Positions 10,613 through 20,493 of a DNA stretch of 64,000 nt are shown in pieces; position 1 is the stretch's first letter; the number at the start of each line of letters is the position of its first letter. The notes below the pieces were generated by a model. It had not been told where the DNA came from and made no database searches. It saw only the letters and a list, made by a program, of their open reading frames with translations. A program made the translations under genes and the position numbers. The stretch is from NCBI GenBank assembly GCA_026983715.1, contig JALSTM010000077.1, positions 304 to 64,303 on the forward strand, written 5' to 3'. This stretch comes from Desulfobacterales bacterium. GTDB taxonomy: Bacteria > Desulfobacterota > Syntrophobacteria > B119-G9.

Positions 10613-11066
10613 ATAATTCTTATACTACCAATGTCCGTCATAAATGAACCGCCCGCTTCGCTTAAGGCGCGAAGAACGCGAAGAAGGAAAATATTGCGGC
10701 CGGCGGGTTAACGCCGCCCACAATGCCTTGCACCCTTTCAGGGTAACAAGGGCAATGGACAACACGCATATCCTAGGAAGCGCACACAAAACACAAAGCT
10801 TCAGGCGCCAACTCAGATTGTCTGTACCAACAGCATGCCTGAAGGGCAGGCTTCTTTCCTTGAGCAGTTACACACTGCTCAAGGAAAAAACAATATCCCT
10901 TTGCGCTCTTAGCGTCTTAGCGGTTCAAACTTGGTTGCGGCTTCGCTGCCTTAGCTTTTTGGTTGAGTCAATATTTAAAAAGTGACCTATTACTTCGTAG
11001 AGGAAACCGATGATTTTGCATTCTGTGCCGGGATGTTGCAGACTGATATGAAAGTAGGTCCCAGTT

Positions 11067-12452
11067 CTAATTCGTGAACGTATCACAAGACCTGATTGCT
11101 TCCTCCAAGTTGGAGACCCCGGTTATGTGGATGCCCGATTGGGGTGGTAGGGAATGAAAATTTGCAGAGGGTAAGAGTACTCTTTCAAATCCAAGCTTTG
11201 CAGCTTCCGATACTCTAATATCTGCTCGATCAACTCCACGCACTTCGCCTACAAGACCTACTTCTCCAAAAAGTACAGTGTCTTCCGGAAATGGTTTGTC
11301 GAGGTAACAGGAAAGCAAAGCCATAACTACAGGCAAATCTATGGCCGGTTCAACTATTTTTACACCTCCTGCCACGTTTATAAAAATATCATTTCCGGCT
11401 AGGGAAATTCCAAGTTTTTTCTCCATGATGGCTATTAGCAGTGCCAGCCGATTTCCGTCAATTCCCATAGTCATTCTCCTTGGCTGGGGAAAGGAAGTTG
11501 GTGTTACAAGGCTCTGGATTTCCACCAGTATTGGTCGGGTACCTTCAATGCTGGGAACTACTACGGAACCGGAAATGTTCTTGGGGCGTTCGGAAACGAA
11601 TATGGCAGATGGATTTAATACTTCATTGAGCCCGCTGTCGGTCATTTCAAAAACACCAATTTCATTAGTTGCCCCGAAGCGATTCTTGACTGCTCTAAGT
11701 ATGCGAAAACCATGAGCACCTCCTCCTTCAAAGTAGAGTGCAGCATCTACCAAGTGCTCCAGAACCCGGGGACCAGCAATTACACCTTCCTTTGTAACAT
11801 GTCCTGCGAGAATCACGGCTATCCCGGTAATCTTAGCCATGGATAGTAAAATATTTGCACTTTCTCTGATCTGACTCAAGGAACCCGGTGGGCTTGCAGT
11901 CATTGCAGTGCGGATGGTTTGGATGGAGTCAACAGCCAGGACTGAAGGGGCCAGTTTTTCTATCATTTTGAGGATCTCTTCAAGATTGGTCTCGGTAACT
12001 ACCTTAAGATTTCTTTCCTGAATGCCTATGCGATCAGCCCTCAGCTTTACCTGCTGTAGCGATTCTTCACCTGACACATAAAGAGTCGTTAGGCCTGTTT
12101 TGCTTGCTTCTGCAAGGGCTTGAAGAAGCAAGGTAGATTTCCCGATTCCAGGATCGCCTGCAAGAAGCACAAGTGACCCCGGTACTATGCCTCCGCCTAA
12201 CACTCGGTCGAATTCACTGATACCTGTGGAGATACGGCTATCTCTTTTTACGGAGATATCGCAAATGGAAACAGGTTCCGAGGGCTGTTCCAGGAAGGAG
12301 CCGGGAATAATCCCGCGGTTCGGCCTGGGTATTTCTGTCATACAGCCCCAGCCGCCACACTCGGGACACTTTCCGAACCATTTAAGGCTTTCATGCCCGC
12401 ATTCCTGGCAAACAAAGCCTCTCACATTATTTTTGCTTGACTTTTTCTTCAT
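11067..12452 (-). CDS. radA: DNA repair protein RadA/Sms
   Basis: N-terminal C4 zinc ribbon (CQECGHESLKWFGKCPECGGWG), RecA-like Walker A 'GDPGIGKST', KNRFG motif, C-terminal Lon-like domain. Confidence 0.9.
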   Translation of the reverse strand: MKKKSSKNNVRGFVCQECGHESLKWFGKCPECGGWGCMTEIPRPNRGIIPGSFLEQPSEPVSICDISVKRDSRISTGISEFDRVLGGGIVPGSLVLLAGDPGIGKSTLLLQALAEASKTGLTTLYVSGEESLQQVKLRADRIGIQERNLKVVTETNLEEILKMIEKLAPSVLAVDSIQTIRTAMTASPPGSLSQIRESANILLSMAKITGIAVILAGHVTKEGVIAGPRVLEHLVDAALYFEGGGAHGFRILRAVKNRFGATNEIGVFEMTDSGLNEVLNPSAIFVSERPKNISGSVVVPSIEGTRPILVEIQSLVTPTSFPQPRRMTMGIDGNRLALLIAIMEKKLGISLAGNDIFINVAGGVKIVEPAIDLPVVMALLSCYLDKPFPEDTVLFGEVGLVGEVRGVDRADIRVSEAAKLGFERVLLPSANFHSLPPQSGIHITGVSNLEEAIRSCDTFTN

Positions 12453-12742
12453 GGAAACATAAAAACCAAGTTCCGGCTTGGTAGATTCAATTACCGTCAG
12501 GATGTTATTAAGAATAACTAGCTTAACTTAACACCTTTTTCCGGTGATTTTAAGCGATAAGTGATACTGCTGGATTACTTTTTCGCTTCCGATTGTGTGG
12601 GTAACAGCTTGGAATCCTCGTAATAGCGCATGCGAGAAAATTGCACGCGTCGTTGCGTTTAAATGTATTGTTTTCTACCGCCGGTTCATGTTAACATCTT
12701 GCTAAAATAAGAGCATGGAAGAGAAAAAAGGAGGTGGCAGTT

Positions 12743-13021
12743 TTGGCAACTCACAAGTCAGCAATGAAGCGAGCACGACAGAACGAACGAAGAAGATTGA
12801 GAAATAAGTCTATAAGAACCAGGGTAAAGAATGTAATAAAAAAGGTGAGGCTGGCTGTAGAGAGAAAATCTCTGGAAGAGGCACAAGAAGCGTTGAAGGA
12901 AGCGATTCCGGTGATTGATAAGGCTGCATCTAAGGGAGTTCTTCATAAAAGAAATGCAGCAAGAAAAATATCCAGGTTAACCAAAAAGGTAAACCGACTT
13001 GCAGCCAACCAGGTATCTTGA
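12743..13021 (+). CDS. rpsT: 30S ribosomal protein S20; start reassigned to the TTG at 12743 (MATHKSAMKRARQ) with RBS AAGGAGG 8 nt upstream
   Basis: Basic 92-aa protein matching the S20 N-terminal pattern (KSAxKRxRQxExRRxxN) and 'AASKGVLHKRNAARKISRL'; the tracked GTG start at 12734 overlaps the Shine-Dalgarno. Confidence 0.8.
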   Translation: MATHKSAMKRARQNERRRLRNKSIRTRVKNVIKKVRLAVERKSLEEAQEALKEAIPVIDKAASKGVLHKRNAARKISRLTKKVNRLAANQVS

Positions 13022-13071
13022 TTGTATCTAGTTTTGGGCTTGGCAGGCGTAGTGCCTTGTAGTAAAGAAAT

Positions 13072-13108
13072 CCTCCTGGTTCAAAAGCCAGGGGGATTTT
13101 GGTTTTGG
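13072..13108 (+). terminator. Rho-independent terminator after rpsT (8-bp stem cctcctgg/ccaggggg, then T-rich tract)
   Basis: Hairpin cctcctgg-ttcaaaag-ccaggggg followed by attttggttttgg; lies between convergent rpsT and the sensor-kinase gene. Confidence 0.5.
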
Positions 13109-13129
13109 ACAAAGTTCCGGGTAATTTAA

Positions 13130-14842
13130 TCAAGCAGATGGGAAATATATTCGGAAAGTAGCCCCGTTGGTTTTGCCTTCGTCCAGGGCAATTCTTCCAC
13201 CGTACTCATTAACTATTCTTCTAACAATACTCAACCCAAGTCCTGTACCCTTGGTTTTGGTGGTATAAAAGGGATCAAAAATCCTGCTGCGTATCTCTGG
13301 CGGTATTCCTGCGCCTGTATCGCTTACTATGATTTCTACTTCCGGGGTTGAGCTTTCTCCATTTATGTCCACGTTGCCAGTTTTAACGGTAAGAGTCCCT
13401 CCTTGTGGCATGGCTTCGATGGCATTGGTAAAAAGGTTCCAGAGGATTTGCTGGAGTTGTTGAGGGTCAACGGCTATCTTTAGCCCTTTTTGCGTTTCTT
13501 TGATAATTTTTATCTTGCTATTTACTTCCCAGTTACTCTTCAAAATGGTGAGAGTATCGGAAATAGTTTTGTCTACGTCAACCTCCTGTGGAGCTTTCTT
13601 CTTCGACTTGGTGAGTAGCGAAAACTCTTTCACGAGGGAATTCAAGCGCTCTATTTCCCTGGATACGATATCCATCAGGCGATTTTGCAACGGATTGAGT
13701 TTGAGTTCTTTCTTTAACATCTGTATGGAACCGCTCATGGATGCCAAAGGATTTTTGATTTCATGGGCTACCACCGCTGCCATTTCCCCTGCTAGCGCCA
13801 GTCGTTCCATGTGCTTTACCTGTTGTTCCATCTTTTTCAACACAGTAAGATCCTGAAAAACGAGTATGTGGCCGTATTGTTCTCCTTGGGTTCCTCTTAA
13901 TCTTGACAAGGAAAACCCTAGAAATAATTTTTTTCCGTCCCTTCTGACAAATTCCATCTCGCCTCTACTGGTTTTTGTGCGCCAATCTGACTCTAGCTTT
14001 TTAGTCCTGGGCAAGTAATTTGAAATATTTGGAAAAATATCTTCTACGGGAGTGTTCAGTAGTTTAGAGAGATGGTCTGTCCCGATGATTTCACTTGCGG
14101 CTCTATTGAAATAAATTATCCTGAAGTTGTTGTCCAAGGTTATTAAGCCACTGTTTATGCTTTGCACTATATTTTTGTTCAGCATCTCTAATTCGGCAAG
14201 GTCTTTTTGTTTCGCCTTCAATTGTACTTTGCTTTTCTTGAGCTCTTCCGTCAAATGGCTGCTTAAAAAGGCAACCAGGTAGAAGGCACTGCTGGTGACA
14301 AGGAGAGTATAGAGGTAACTACCCGAGGGTGCAGGGGAGGTATAATTTAGTTCTGGGGGGAGGATATATTTGAAAGCGCCGTAGTATTGAAGGTCAAGAA
14401 TAAGGCCGTAAAAAATGGAACTAGCCGATGCTATAATAAAGCTGCCACGCCTGGAAAGTATGGTGGCCGCTATTATTATTACAAGAATATAGCCGAAGGA
14501 AAATATACTGGTGATCCCGCCTGTGAAAAGAATAATCAAAGATACAAATACCGTATCGAAAAGGAGCTGCCCGTAAGCGAAGAGTACGGGATTCTTAACG
14601 TATTTCAGGTAAAGCGAAAAAATAGCTGTGAAAAAAAAGAGTGATCCGGCGAGAAGAGACAAATAGACAACGGGAAGCGAAAAGAAAGATTTGTAACGAG
14701 ACCCCTGGAAATAAAGAGTCAGACCAAGAAGAAAAGTAGCGACAAGCAGACGAAAAAATATCAGATACTTTACCTTGACGAGAATCTTTTCTTCTTCGTG
14801 CTCTTTTCCTTCTTGGGAAAAGGCAAAATTTTTCCTGGTCAT
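13130..14842 (-). CDS. Membrane sensor histidine kinase (PilS-like position downstream of pilB-pilC): multi-TM N-terminus, PAS, HisKA, HATPase_c
   Basis: About 6 TM helices in the first 200 aa; H-box 'AHEIKNPLASMSG'; N box 'NLFTNAIEAM', G boxes 'DTGAGI', 'GLGLSIV'. Confidence 0.8.
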   Translation of the reverse strand: MTRKNFAFSQEGKEHEEEKILVKVKYLIFFRLLVATFLLGLTLYFQGSRYKSFFSLPVVYLSLLAGSLFFFTAIFSLYLKYVKNPVLFAYGQLLFDTVFVSLIILFTGGITSIFSFGYILVIIIAATILSRRGSFIIASASSIFYGLILDLQYYGAFKYILPPELNYTSPAPSGSYLYTLLVTSSAFYLVAFLSSHLTEELKKSKVQLKAKQKDLAELEMLNKNIVQSINSGLITLDNNFRIIYFNRAASEIIGTDHLSKLLNTPVEDIFPNISNYLPRTKKLESDWRTKTSRGEMEFVRRDGKKLFLGFSLSRLRGTQGEQYGHILVFQDLTVLKKMEQQVKHMERLALAGEMAAVVAHEIKNPLASMSGSIQMLKKELKLNPLQNRLMDIVSREIERLNSLVKEFSLLTKSKKKAPQEVDVDKTISDTLTILKSNWEVNSKIKIIKETQKGLKIAVDPQQLQQILWNLFTNAIEAMPQGGTLTVKTGNVDINGESSTPEVEIIVSDTGAGIPPEIRSRIFDPFYTTKTKGTGLGLSIVRRIVNEYGGRIALDEGKTNGATFRIYFPSA

Positions 14843-16054
14843 TTAACCGGCTACTACTCCTGCCATCTTGAAAATTGGCAGGTACATTGAAATAACCAGA
14901 CCCCCGATAACCACCCCCAAAAATACCATCATGAAAGGTTCAAGCATGGATGTCAGAGCATCAACGGCAGCATCCACTTCTTCGTCATAATAGTCGGCTA
15001 TTTTGCCAAGCATTGCATCGAGTGCGCCGGTAGATTCCCCTACCGATATCATCTGGACAACCATGGGAGGAAATACCCCGCTATGCATCAGAGGTTCGGT
15101 AACGCTTTTACCTTCGGCCACGCTGGCTCGGGTTTCTAGTATAGCCCTTTCAATCACCTTGTTTCCGGCAGTTTTTGCAACGATATCCATGGCTTCAAGA
15201 ATGGGAACGCCGCTGCTAAGCATGGTTCCGAGGGTGCGAGTAAATTTTGCCACTGCAACCTTTCTGAGTAACATGCCGAAAACGGGCAAACGTAAAACCA
15301 GCCTGTCTGTTAAATCTCGCCCCTTTTCTGTAGCTCGAAACCTTTTAAAGGCAATAAAAAGTAAAATAATGCCGAGGATAAACCAGTGAAAGTAACTTCT
15401 GACCGTATTGCTGACATTTATAACAAACTGGGTCGGAGCAGGAAGAGCTGCGCCGAAATCTGCAAACATCTTGGAAAAAACAGGGATGACAAAGATAAGA
15501 ATAACAGCCGTTACAAGGACGGCAATTATCGTTACTATGGCAGGATAGGTCATTGCCCCCTTTACCTTTTTCTTCAAGGCGGCAATTTTTTCCATGTATG
15601 CTGCCAACCGGTTTAAAATTACATCAAGAATACCACCCACTTCCCCTGCCGCAACGAGATTGATGGTAAGTTCGTCAAATATCTGAGGGTGTTTTTTAAG
15701 AGCGTCAGCAAAGGTAGAACCTTCTTCAACGTCTTTCTGCACCTGTTTGAGAATTGTTTTGAATGTCCTGTTAGTCTGCTGTTCCTGGAGAATCTGCAAT
15801 CCCTGGACTAGCGGGAGTCCAGCGTCGATCATGGTTGCAAACTGGCGAATGAATACCACGATATCTTTTTCTTTTACCTTCGGTTGTAGCCATTTAACGT
15901 TTTCAAAAATATCTTTTGGCTTTGGCTTAATCTTGGTTACCGTAATATTCTGACGCCGCAAAAGGAGGCGCGCAATATTTTCGTTGTTGGCTTCTATTTC
16001 GCCACTCCTTTTGTTTCCCTTGGCATCTTTTCCTTTCCAAACATAGACAGGCAT
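14843..16054 (-). CDS. pilC: Type IV pilus assembly / T2SS platform protein PilC (GspF family)
   Basis: 403 aa, two repeated T2SSF domains, 3 TM segments; immediately downstream of pilB with an 11-nt gap. Confidence 0.85.
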   Translation of the reverse strand: MPVYVWKGKDAKGNKRSGEIEANNENIARLLLRRQNITVTKIKPKPKDIFENVKWLQPKVKEKDIVVFIRQFATMIDAGLPLVQGLQILQEQQTNRTFKTILKQVQKDVEEGSTFADALKKHPQIFDELTINLVAAGEVGGILDVILNRLAAYMEKIAALKKKVKGAMTYPAIVTIIAVLVTAVILIFVIPVFSKMFADFGAALPAPTQFVINVSNTVRSYFHWFILGIILLFIAFKRFRATEKGRDLTDRLVLRLPVFGMLLRKVAVAKFTRTLGTMLSSGVPILEAMDIVAKTAGNKVIERAILETRASVAEGKSVTEPLMHSGVFPPMVVQMISVGESTGALDAMLGKIADYYDEEVDAAVDALTSMLEPFMMVFLGVVIGGLVISMYLPIFKMAGVVAG

Positions 16055-16064
16055 TTAATCCCCC

Positions 16065-17801
16065 TTAATCCTTAACAGAACACCGGATTACTTCTTCAAT
16101 AGTAGTAATTCCTTCCTTTAATTTCAAAATTCCACTTTGTCTCAATGTTAGCATACCGAGTCTCATTGCTTCACGTTTTATTTCCGTGGTTGAAGCGCCC
16201 ACAAGGATCAATTCCTTTATTTCTTCGTAAATCGGCATGACTTCATACAAAGCTATTCTACCTTTATAGCCCGTGTTACTGCAAACCGGGCATCCGCTTC
16301 CCTTGTAGCATTTAAAGGTTCCAATGTCGTCTTCGTCTACCCCCAGGTCCAAGAGTACCTCTTCGGGGACTTCAACTTCTTCCTTGCACTGGAGGCATAC
16401 CCGCCTGGCCAATCTTTGTGCCAGGATGAGATTTACCGATGAAGACACCAAAAATGGCTCCACACCCATGTTCAACAGCCTGTTAATTGTACTGGGGGCA
16501 TCGTTGGTGTGAAGTGTGCTCAAGACCATGTGGCCAGTAAGTGCAGCTTTAATGGCAATTTCAGCGGTTTCGAAGTCTCTAATCTCTCCGACCATTATTA
16601 TATCGGGATCCTGCCTAAGAAAAGACCTCAGGGCAGCGGCAAAGGTGAGACCTATAGCTTCGTGAATTTGAACCTGGTTTATCCCGGGAAGGTTAAATTC
16701 TACCGGGTCTTCTGCGGTGGAAATGTTTTCCGTGGTTTTGTTTAACTCGGAAAGCGCACTATAGAGTGTGGTTGTTTTACCGCTTCCCGTGGGGCCCGTT
16801 ACAAGTACCATTCCGTAGGGCTTATGGATCGCTTCCTTGAATAGCTTGAGCTGTGTCTCCTCAAAGCCGAGTTTTGTCATGTCGAGCTGGAGGTTGGACT
16901 TGTCGAGCAATCTCAGAACCACTTTTTCCCCGAAAAGCGTCGGAAGTACCGATACCCGGAAGTCCATCTCCCCTCCCCGAACTCTGAGCTTGATCCGTCC
17001 GTCTTGAGGCAGGCGCCGCTCCGCAATATCAAGGCGGCTCATGATTTTAATACGGGAGATGAGGGCGTTTTTTAACTTCAAGGGGGGTTTCATTATTTCG
17101 TAAAGTACACCGTCGATCCGGAACCTAACCCGAAACATCTTCTCGTATGGTTCTATATGAATATCGCTGGCGCCTTTTTTTATGGCGTCCATCAGTATCA
17201 GGTTGACGAGTTTTACAACCGGTGCCTGTTCTGCTTCGTTTTCCACGGAGTCAAGATCAAAGTCGTCAGTCATGGAAACGACATCAATATCGTCATCTTC
17301 CATGCTTCCAATAACGTCTTCGAGAGATGTTGACGGATCAAAGTATTGCTGAATCACAGATATTATGGAACTTTCCGTGGCAACGTTTACCTGGATGTTC
17401 TTTCTCGTAAGAAACCTGATGTCGTCAATAATGAAGTGGTTGCTAGGATCCGCCATGGCAATACTTAGCGTATTGCCCTTGAGGGCTATGGGAACAAGCA
17501 AATATTTCTGGATCATGTGAGCCGGAATGAGGTCGATAATTTTCTGGTCAATGTCCAACTTGGTGGGATCAACTGCGGGCACCCCGAACTGGCGACTGAG
17601 AAACTCCATTAAGTCGGATTCGTTAATGTATCCCAGTTTTACAAGGCTAGAACCCAGAGAGGAACCGGATGTACTCTGGTCTTCCAGAGCCTTATCCAGC
17701 TGCTCCATTGAAATCAACGATTCTCTTAGTAGTAATTCGCCAAGCCTCTTGACGGATCGCGTTTCCAAAGCCCTTTTTAACCCCTTGAAATTAAGCCCCA
17801 A
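16065..17801 (-). CDS. pilB: Type IV pilus assembly ATPase PilB (GspE family) with N-terminal MshEN-type c-di-GMP-binding motif
   Basis: Walker A 'GPTGSGKTT', Asp/His boxes, tetracysteine motif (CLQC...CPVC); N-terminal 24-aa motif 'RLGELLLRESLISMEQLDKALEDQ'. Confidence 0.9.
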   Translation of the reverse strand: MGLNFKGLKRALETRSVKRLGELLLRESLISMEQLDKALEDQSTSGSSLGSSLVKLGYINESDLMEFLSRQFGVPAVDPTKLDIDQKIIDLIPAHMIQKYLLVPIALKGNTLSIAMADPSNHFIIDDIRFLTRKNIQVNVATESSIISVIQQYFDPSTSLEDVIGSMEDDDIDVVSMTDDFDLDSVENEAEQAPVVKLVNLILMDAIKKGASDIHIEPYEKMFRVRFRIDGVLYEIMKPPLKLKNALISRIKIMSRLDIAERRLPQDGRIKLRVRGGEMDFRVSVLPTLFGEKVVLRLLDKSNLQLDMTKLGFEETQLKLFKEAIHKPYGMVLVTGPTGSGKTTTLYSALSELNKTTENISTAEDPVEFNLPGINQVQIHEAIGLTFAAALRSFLRQDPDIIMVGEIRDFETAEIAIKAALTGHMVLSTLHTNDAPSTINRLLNMGVEPFLVSSSVNLILAQRLARRVCLQCKEEVEVPEEVLLDLGVDEDDIGTFKCYKGSGCPVCSNTGYKGRIALYEVMPIYEEIKELILVGASTTEIKREAMRLGMLTLRQSGILKLKEGITTIEEVIRCSVKD

Positions 17802-18058
17802 GAACTATTGCGATTATCGTTTTTAACTTAGGAAAATGGGCAATTTTTGTCAAGTCAAACTGATTTTTATCCTTTTTACAATGTGTTGTTGCAAAAACGT
17901 TTTTCATGGTTTACGATGAAATACTTCTGTTTATATTTATATATTGTTTTTGAATAAGACTTTGTGTTAGAGGTCTACTAACTATTCGTCTTATTCTTTA
18001 GTAAAGGATAGATCAAAATAGATAAATCAGGCAATATTTTCTGCTATAAGGGTGTAAC

Positions 18059-18982
18059 ATGAAGGTTGCATGCATTTTTCCGGGTCAGGGTTCCCAGTAC
18101 GTGGGCATGGGTAAAGAATTTTATGAAAAGTTTGATATGGTAAAGGACCTATTTGAACAAGCTTCTGACTTGATTTCCCTGGACTTAAAGAAGCTGTGTT
18201 TTTCAGGTCCCGACGAAGTGCTTACGAGCACTCAGAATGTGCAACCGGCCATAACCCTGGTTAACGTGGCATGTTACGAAGTGTTAAAAAGTTACGGGGT
18301 TGACTTTGAGGTATTTGCCGGTCACAGCCTGGGGGAATACTCGGCACTATACGCGTCTGGTGTGATGAGTTTTGAACAGGTTATAAAGTTGACAAGGCTC
18401 AGAGGGATATGTATGCACGATGCGGCGAAAAAAAATCCCGGTGCTATGGCGGCAATAATGAATATCTCGTTAGAAGAACTTGAACAAATATGTAGTAAAT
18501 TTGGTTCCGAGGTTGCCAACATAAATTCGCAGGGACAGGTAATTGTAACGGGATCAACGGCGGAGGTTGATAAAACCATTGACGAATGTAGGAAAAGAGG
18601 AGTCAAGCGTTGTATCAAGTTAAATGTAAGCGGCCCTTGGCACAGCAAGTACATGAAAGATGCTCAAAAAAGGTTGGAGCAAGCACTGGAAGAATATAAT
18701 TTTATGGATCCTTTGGTTCCCGTTATATGTAATGTCGATGCTGAATACCTCCTTTCAGGAGAAAAGGTAAGGGAAAAACTTGCATTACAGGTTTGCAAGC
18801 CGGTTTTGTGGTTGGAGTCGATGAAAAGGCTGCTAGACGACGGATACGATGTTTTTGTGGAAGTGGGCCCAAAGAAGGTGCTGAGCGGGCTTATGAAAAG
18901 AATTTCACGCAAGACGAAAATCTTACAGGTTGAAGATTCCGGAACCCTCGATGCGCTCTTGAGATTTCTGAAAAGTAATTGA
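18059..18982 (+). CDS. fabD: Malonyl-CoA:ACP transacylase
   Basis: 'IFPGQGSQYVGMG' and active-site 'GHSLGEYSAL'; 307 aa. Confidence 0.9.
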   Translation: MKVACIFPGQGSQYVGMGKEFYEKFDMVKDLFEQASDLISLDLKKLCFSGPDEVLTSTQNVQPAITLVNVACYEVLKSYGVDFEVFAGHSLGEYSALYASGVMSFEQVIKLTRLRGICMHDAAKKNPGAMAAIMNISLEELEQICSKFGSEVANINSQGQVIVTGSTAEVDKTIDECRKRGVKRCIKLNVSGPWHSKYMKDAQKRLEQALEEYNFMDPLVPVICNVDAEYLLSGEKVREKLALQVCKPVLWLESMKRLLDDGYDVFVEVGPKKVLSGLMKRISRKTKILQVEDSGTLDALLRFLKSN

Positions 18983-19115
18983 AAACCGGGATTAAGAAAT
19001 TTGTTGGAACTTATTACCTGTTATGAGCTATAGTCTGAGTATACTTCAATGCGATGATTTAAATGCGTGGTTTAAACGAGATGAAAACACGGATTATTCA
19101 GAGGAGGACGCTGAA

Positions 19116-19772
19116 ATGAGAATACCGAGGTTAGCACTTTTGATATCCATGCTTGTTATTTGCCTTTGTGCCTGGACCGGCAGTTCGTGGGGCAAGACAC
19201 CGATGGAAACGATACAAGAAGGCACGGACAAAGTAATTTCTATCCTGAAAGATCCGGCTTTGAAAGGGCCCGAACACAAAGAAGAAAGAAGACAGAAAAT
19301 TTGGGATGTGATCTCGCATTACTTTGATTTTAGAGAGATGGCCAAGCGATCGCTAGGCAGGCACTGGAGAAAATTAAATCCGCAGCAGAGGGACGAGTTT
19401 GTGGATCTGTACAGCTTTTTGTTGCAGCATTCTTACATTGGTAAAATAGACAAGTACACCAACGAAAAAGTGGTTTACCAGAAAGAAGTCATTGATGGCA
19501 AATACGCTCTGGTTAACACAATTATCCTGTCAAAAAATGACGTTCAGATACCCGTTGATTATAGGCTCAAGAAAAAAGATAACAAGTGGATGGTTTATGA
19601 TGTATCCGTAGAAGGGGTAAGCCTCGTAAACAATTACAGGGCACAATTTAATAGTGTAATTGTTTCTAAAGGGTATGATGCATTGGTTGAAAAGCTAAAG
19701 AAGAAAAAAAGCGAAGCCAAATCGGAAAAAAAGTCTGAGACGAGCGAAGGCGAGAAAACCGGGGGACAATAA
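19116..19772 (+). CDS. MlaC/Ttg2D-family periplasmic phospholipid-binding protein; start moved to the signal-peptide Met (MRIPRLALLISMLVICLCAWTG)
   Basis: Signal peptide followed by the family pattern '...FDFREMAKRSLGRHWRKLNPQQRDEF...LLQHSY'; the upstream 31 codons of the tracked ORF lack an RBS context. Confidence 0.55.
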   Translation: MRIPRLALLISMLVICLCAWTGSSWGKTPMETIQEGTDKVISILKDPALKGPEHKEERRQKIWDVISHYFDFREMAKRSLGRHWRKLNPQQRDEFVDLYSFLLQHSYIGKIDKYTNEKVVYQKEVIDGKYALVNTIILSKNDVQIPVDYRLKKKDNKWMVYDVSVEGVSLVNNYRAQFNSVIVSKGYDALVEKLKKKKSEAKSEKKSETSEGEKTGGQ

Positions 19773-19789
19773 ACTTCTTTTCCCCATAG

Positions 19790-20488
19790 TTGCCGGGGGA
19801 GAATATGCCGGGGAGGGGTTCAAATAACTATGGACACAGATCAAGGCTCAGGGAAAGGTTTTTTAATACCGGCCTTGATGGTTTCCACGATCATGAAGTA
19901 CTTGAACTTATCCTCACCTACGTAATTCCACGTAAGGATGTAAAGCCAATTGCCAAGGAATTACTTCGAGAATTCAAGTCCCTGGGAGGTGTCCTTGATG
20001 CTCCCAGGGAGCATCTTGTAAGAATAAGCGGTATAGGGGAACAGGCGGCAGGGTTTTTGAGTCTGATTCCGCAACTAATTGCAAGATATCTGAATGACAG
20101 ATGGCAAAAGAGGCGAACTTTTTCTTCCATAAAAGATGCGGCGGAATTTCTGGTGAATCAACTTAAAGCCGAAAAGTGCGAAGTTTTTTTGTGCCTCAAT
20201 CTGAGCAGCCAGAATGCATTGATTGCTACCGAGAAAATACAGAAAGGTACGGTGAACCGCGCCACCGTTTATCCAAGGCTTGTGGTTGAATCAGCATTGA
20301 AGCACAGTGCAACGGCGGTGATCCTTGCTCATAACCACCCGGGCGGTTTGCCTCAGCCCTCAGAAGCCGATCGCAAGCTTACCCGCCGTATAAAAAGGAT
20401 TTTCCAAGAAATAGATATAACGCTCCATGATCATATAATCGTTGCCGGGGAAGACTACTATTCTTTTGCAGAAAATGGTGAGCTGTAG
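19790..20488 (+). CDS. radC: RadC-family JAB/MPN domain protein (UPF0758)
   Basis: C-terminal JAMM motif 'HNHPGG' ... 'SEAD'; N-terminal HhH region. Confidence 0.8.
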   Translation: MPGENMPGRGSNNYGHRSRLRERFFNTGLDGFHDHEVLELILTYVIPRKDVKPIAKELLREFKSLGGVLDAPREHLVRISGIGEQAAGFLSLIPQLIARYLNDRWQKRRTFSSIKDAAEFLVNQLKAEKCEVFLCLNLSSQNALIATEKIQKGTVNRATVYPRLVVESALKHSATAVILAHNHPGGLPQPSEADRKLTRRIKRIFQEIDITLHDHIIVAGEDYYSFAENGEL

Positions 20489-20493
20489 GGAAC

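Noticed and set aside
10644-10985. 113-aa ORF in the radA upstream intergenic region
   Set aside because: Arg/Leu/Ser-rich low-complexity translation with no RBS, lying across hairpin-rich non-coding DNA. Treated as non-coding.
11341-11715. 124-aa + strand ORF antisense to radA
   Set aside because: It lies entirely within radA, which has unambiguous motifs. It is a shadow ORF.
12734-12742. GTG start for rpsT proposed by the ORF track
   Set aside because: That GTG lies inside the AAGGAGGTG Shine-Dalgarno. The TTG at 12743 gives the canonical S20 N-terminus with correct spacing.
15003-15616. Two + strand ORFs (128 and 76 aa) antisense to pilC
   Set aside because: Shadow ORFs inside a well-supported PilC gene.
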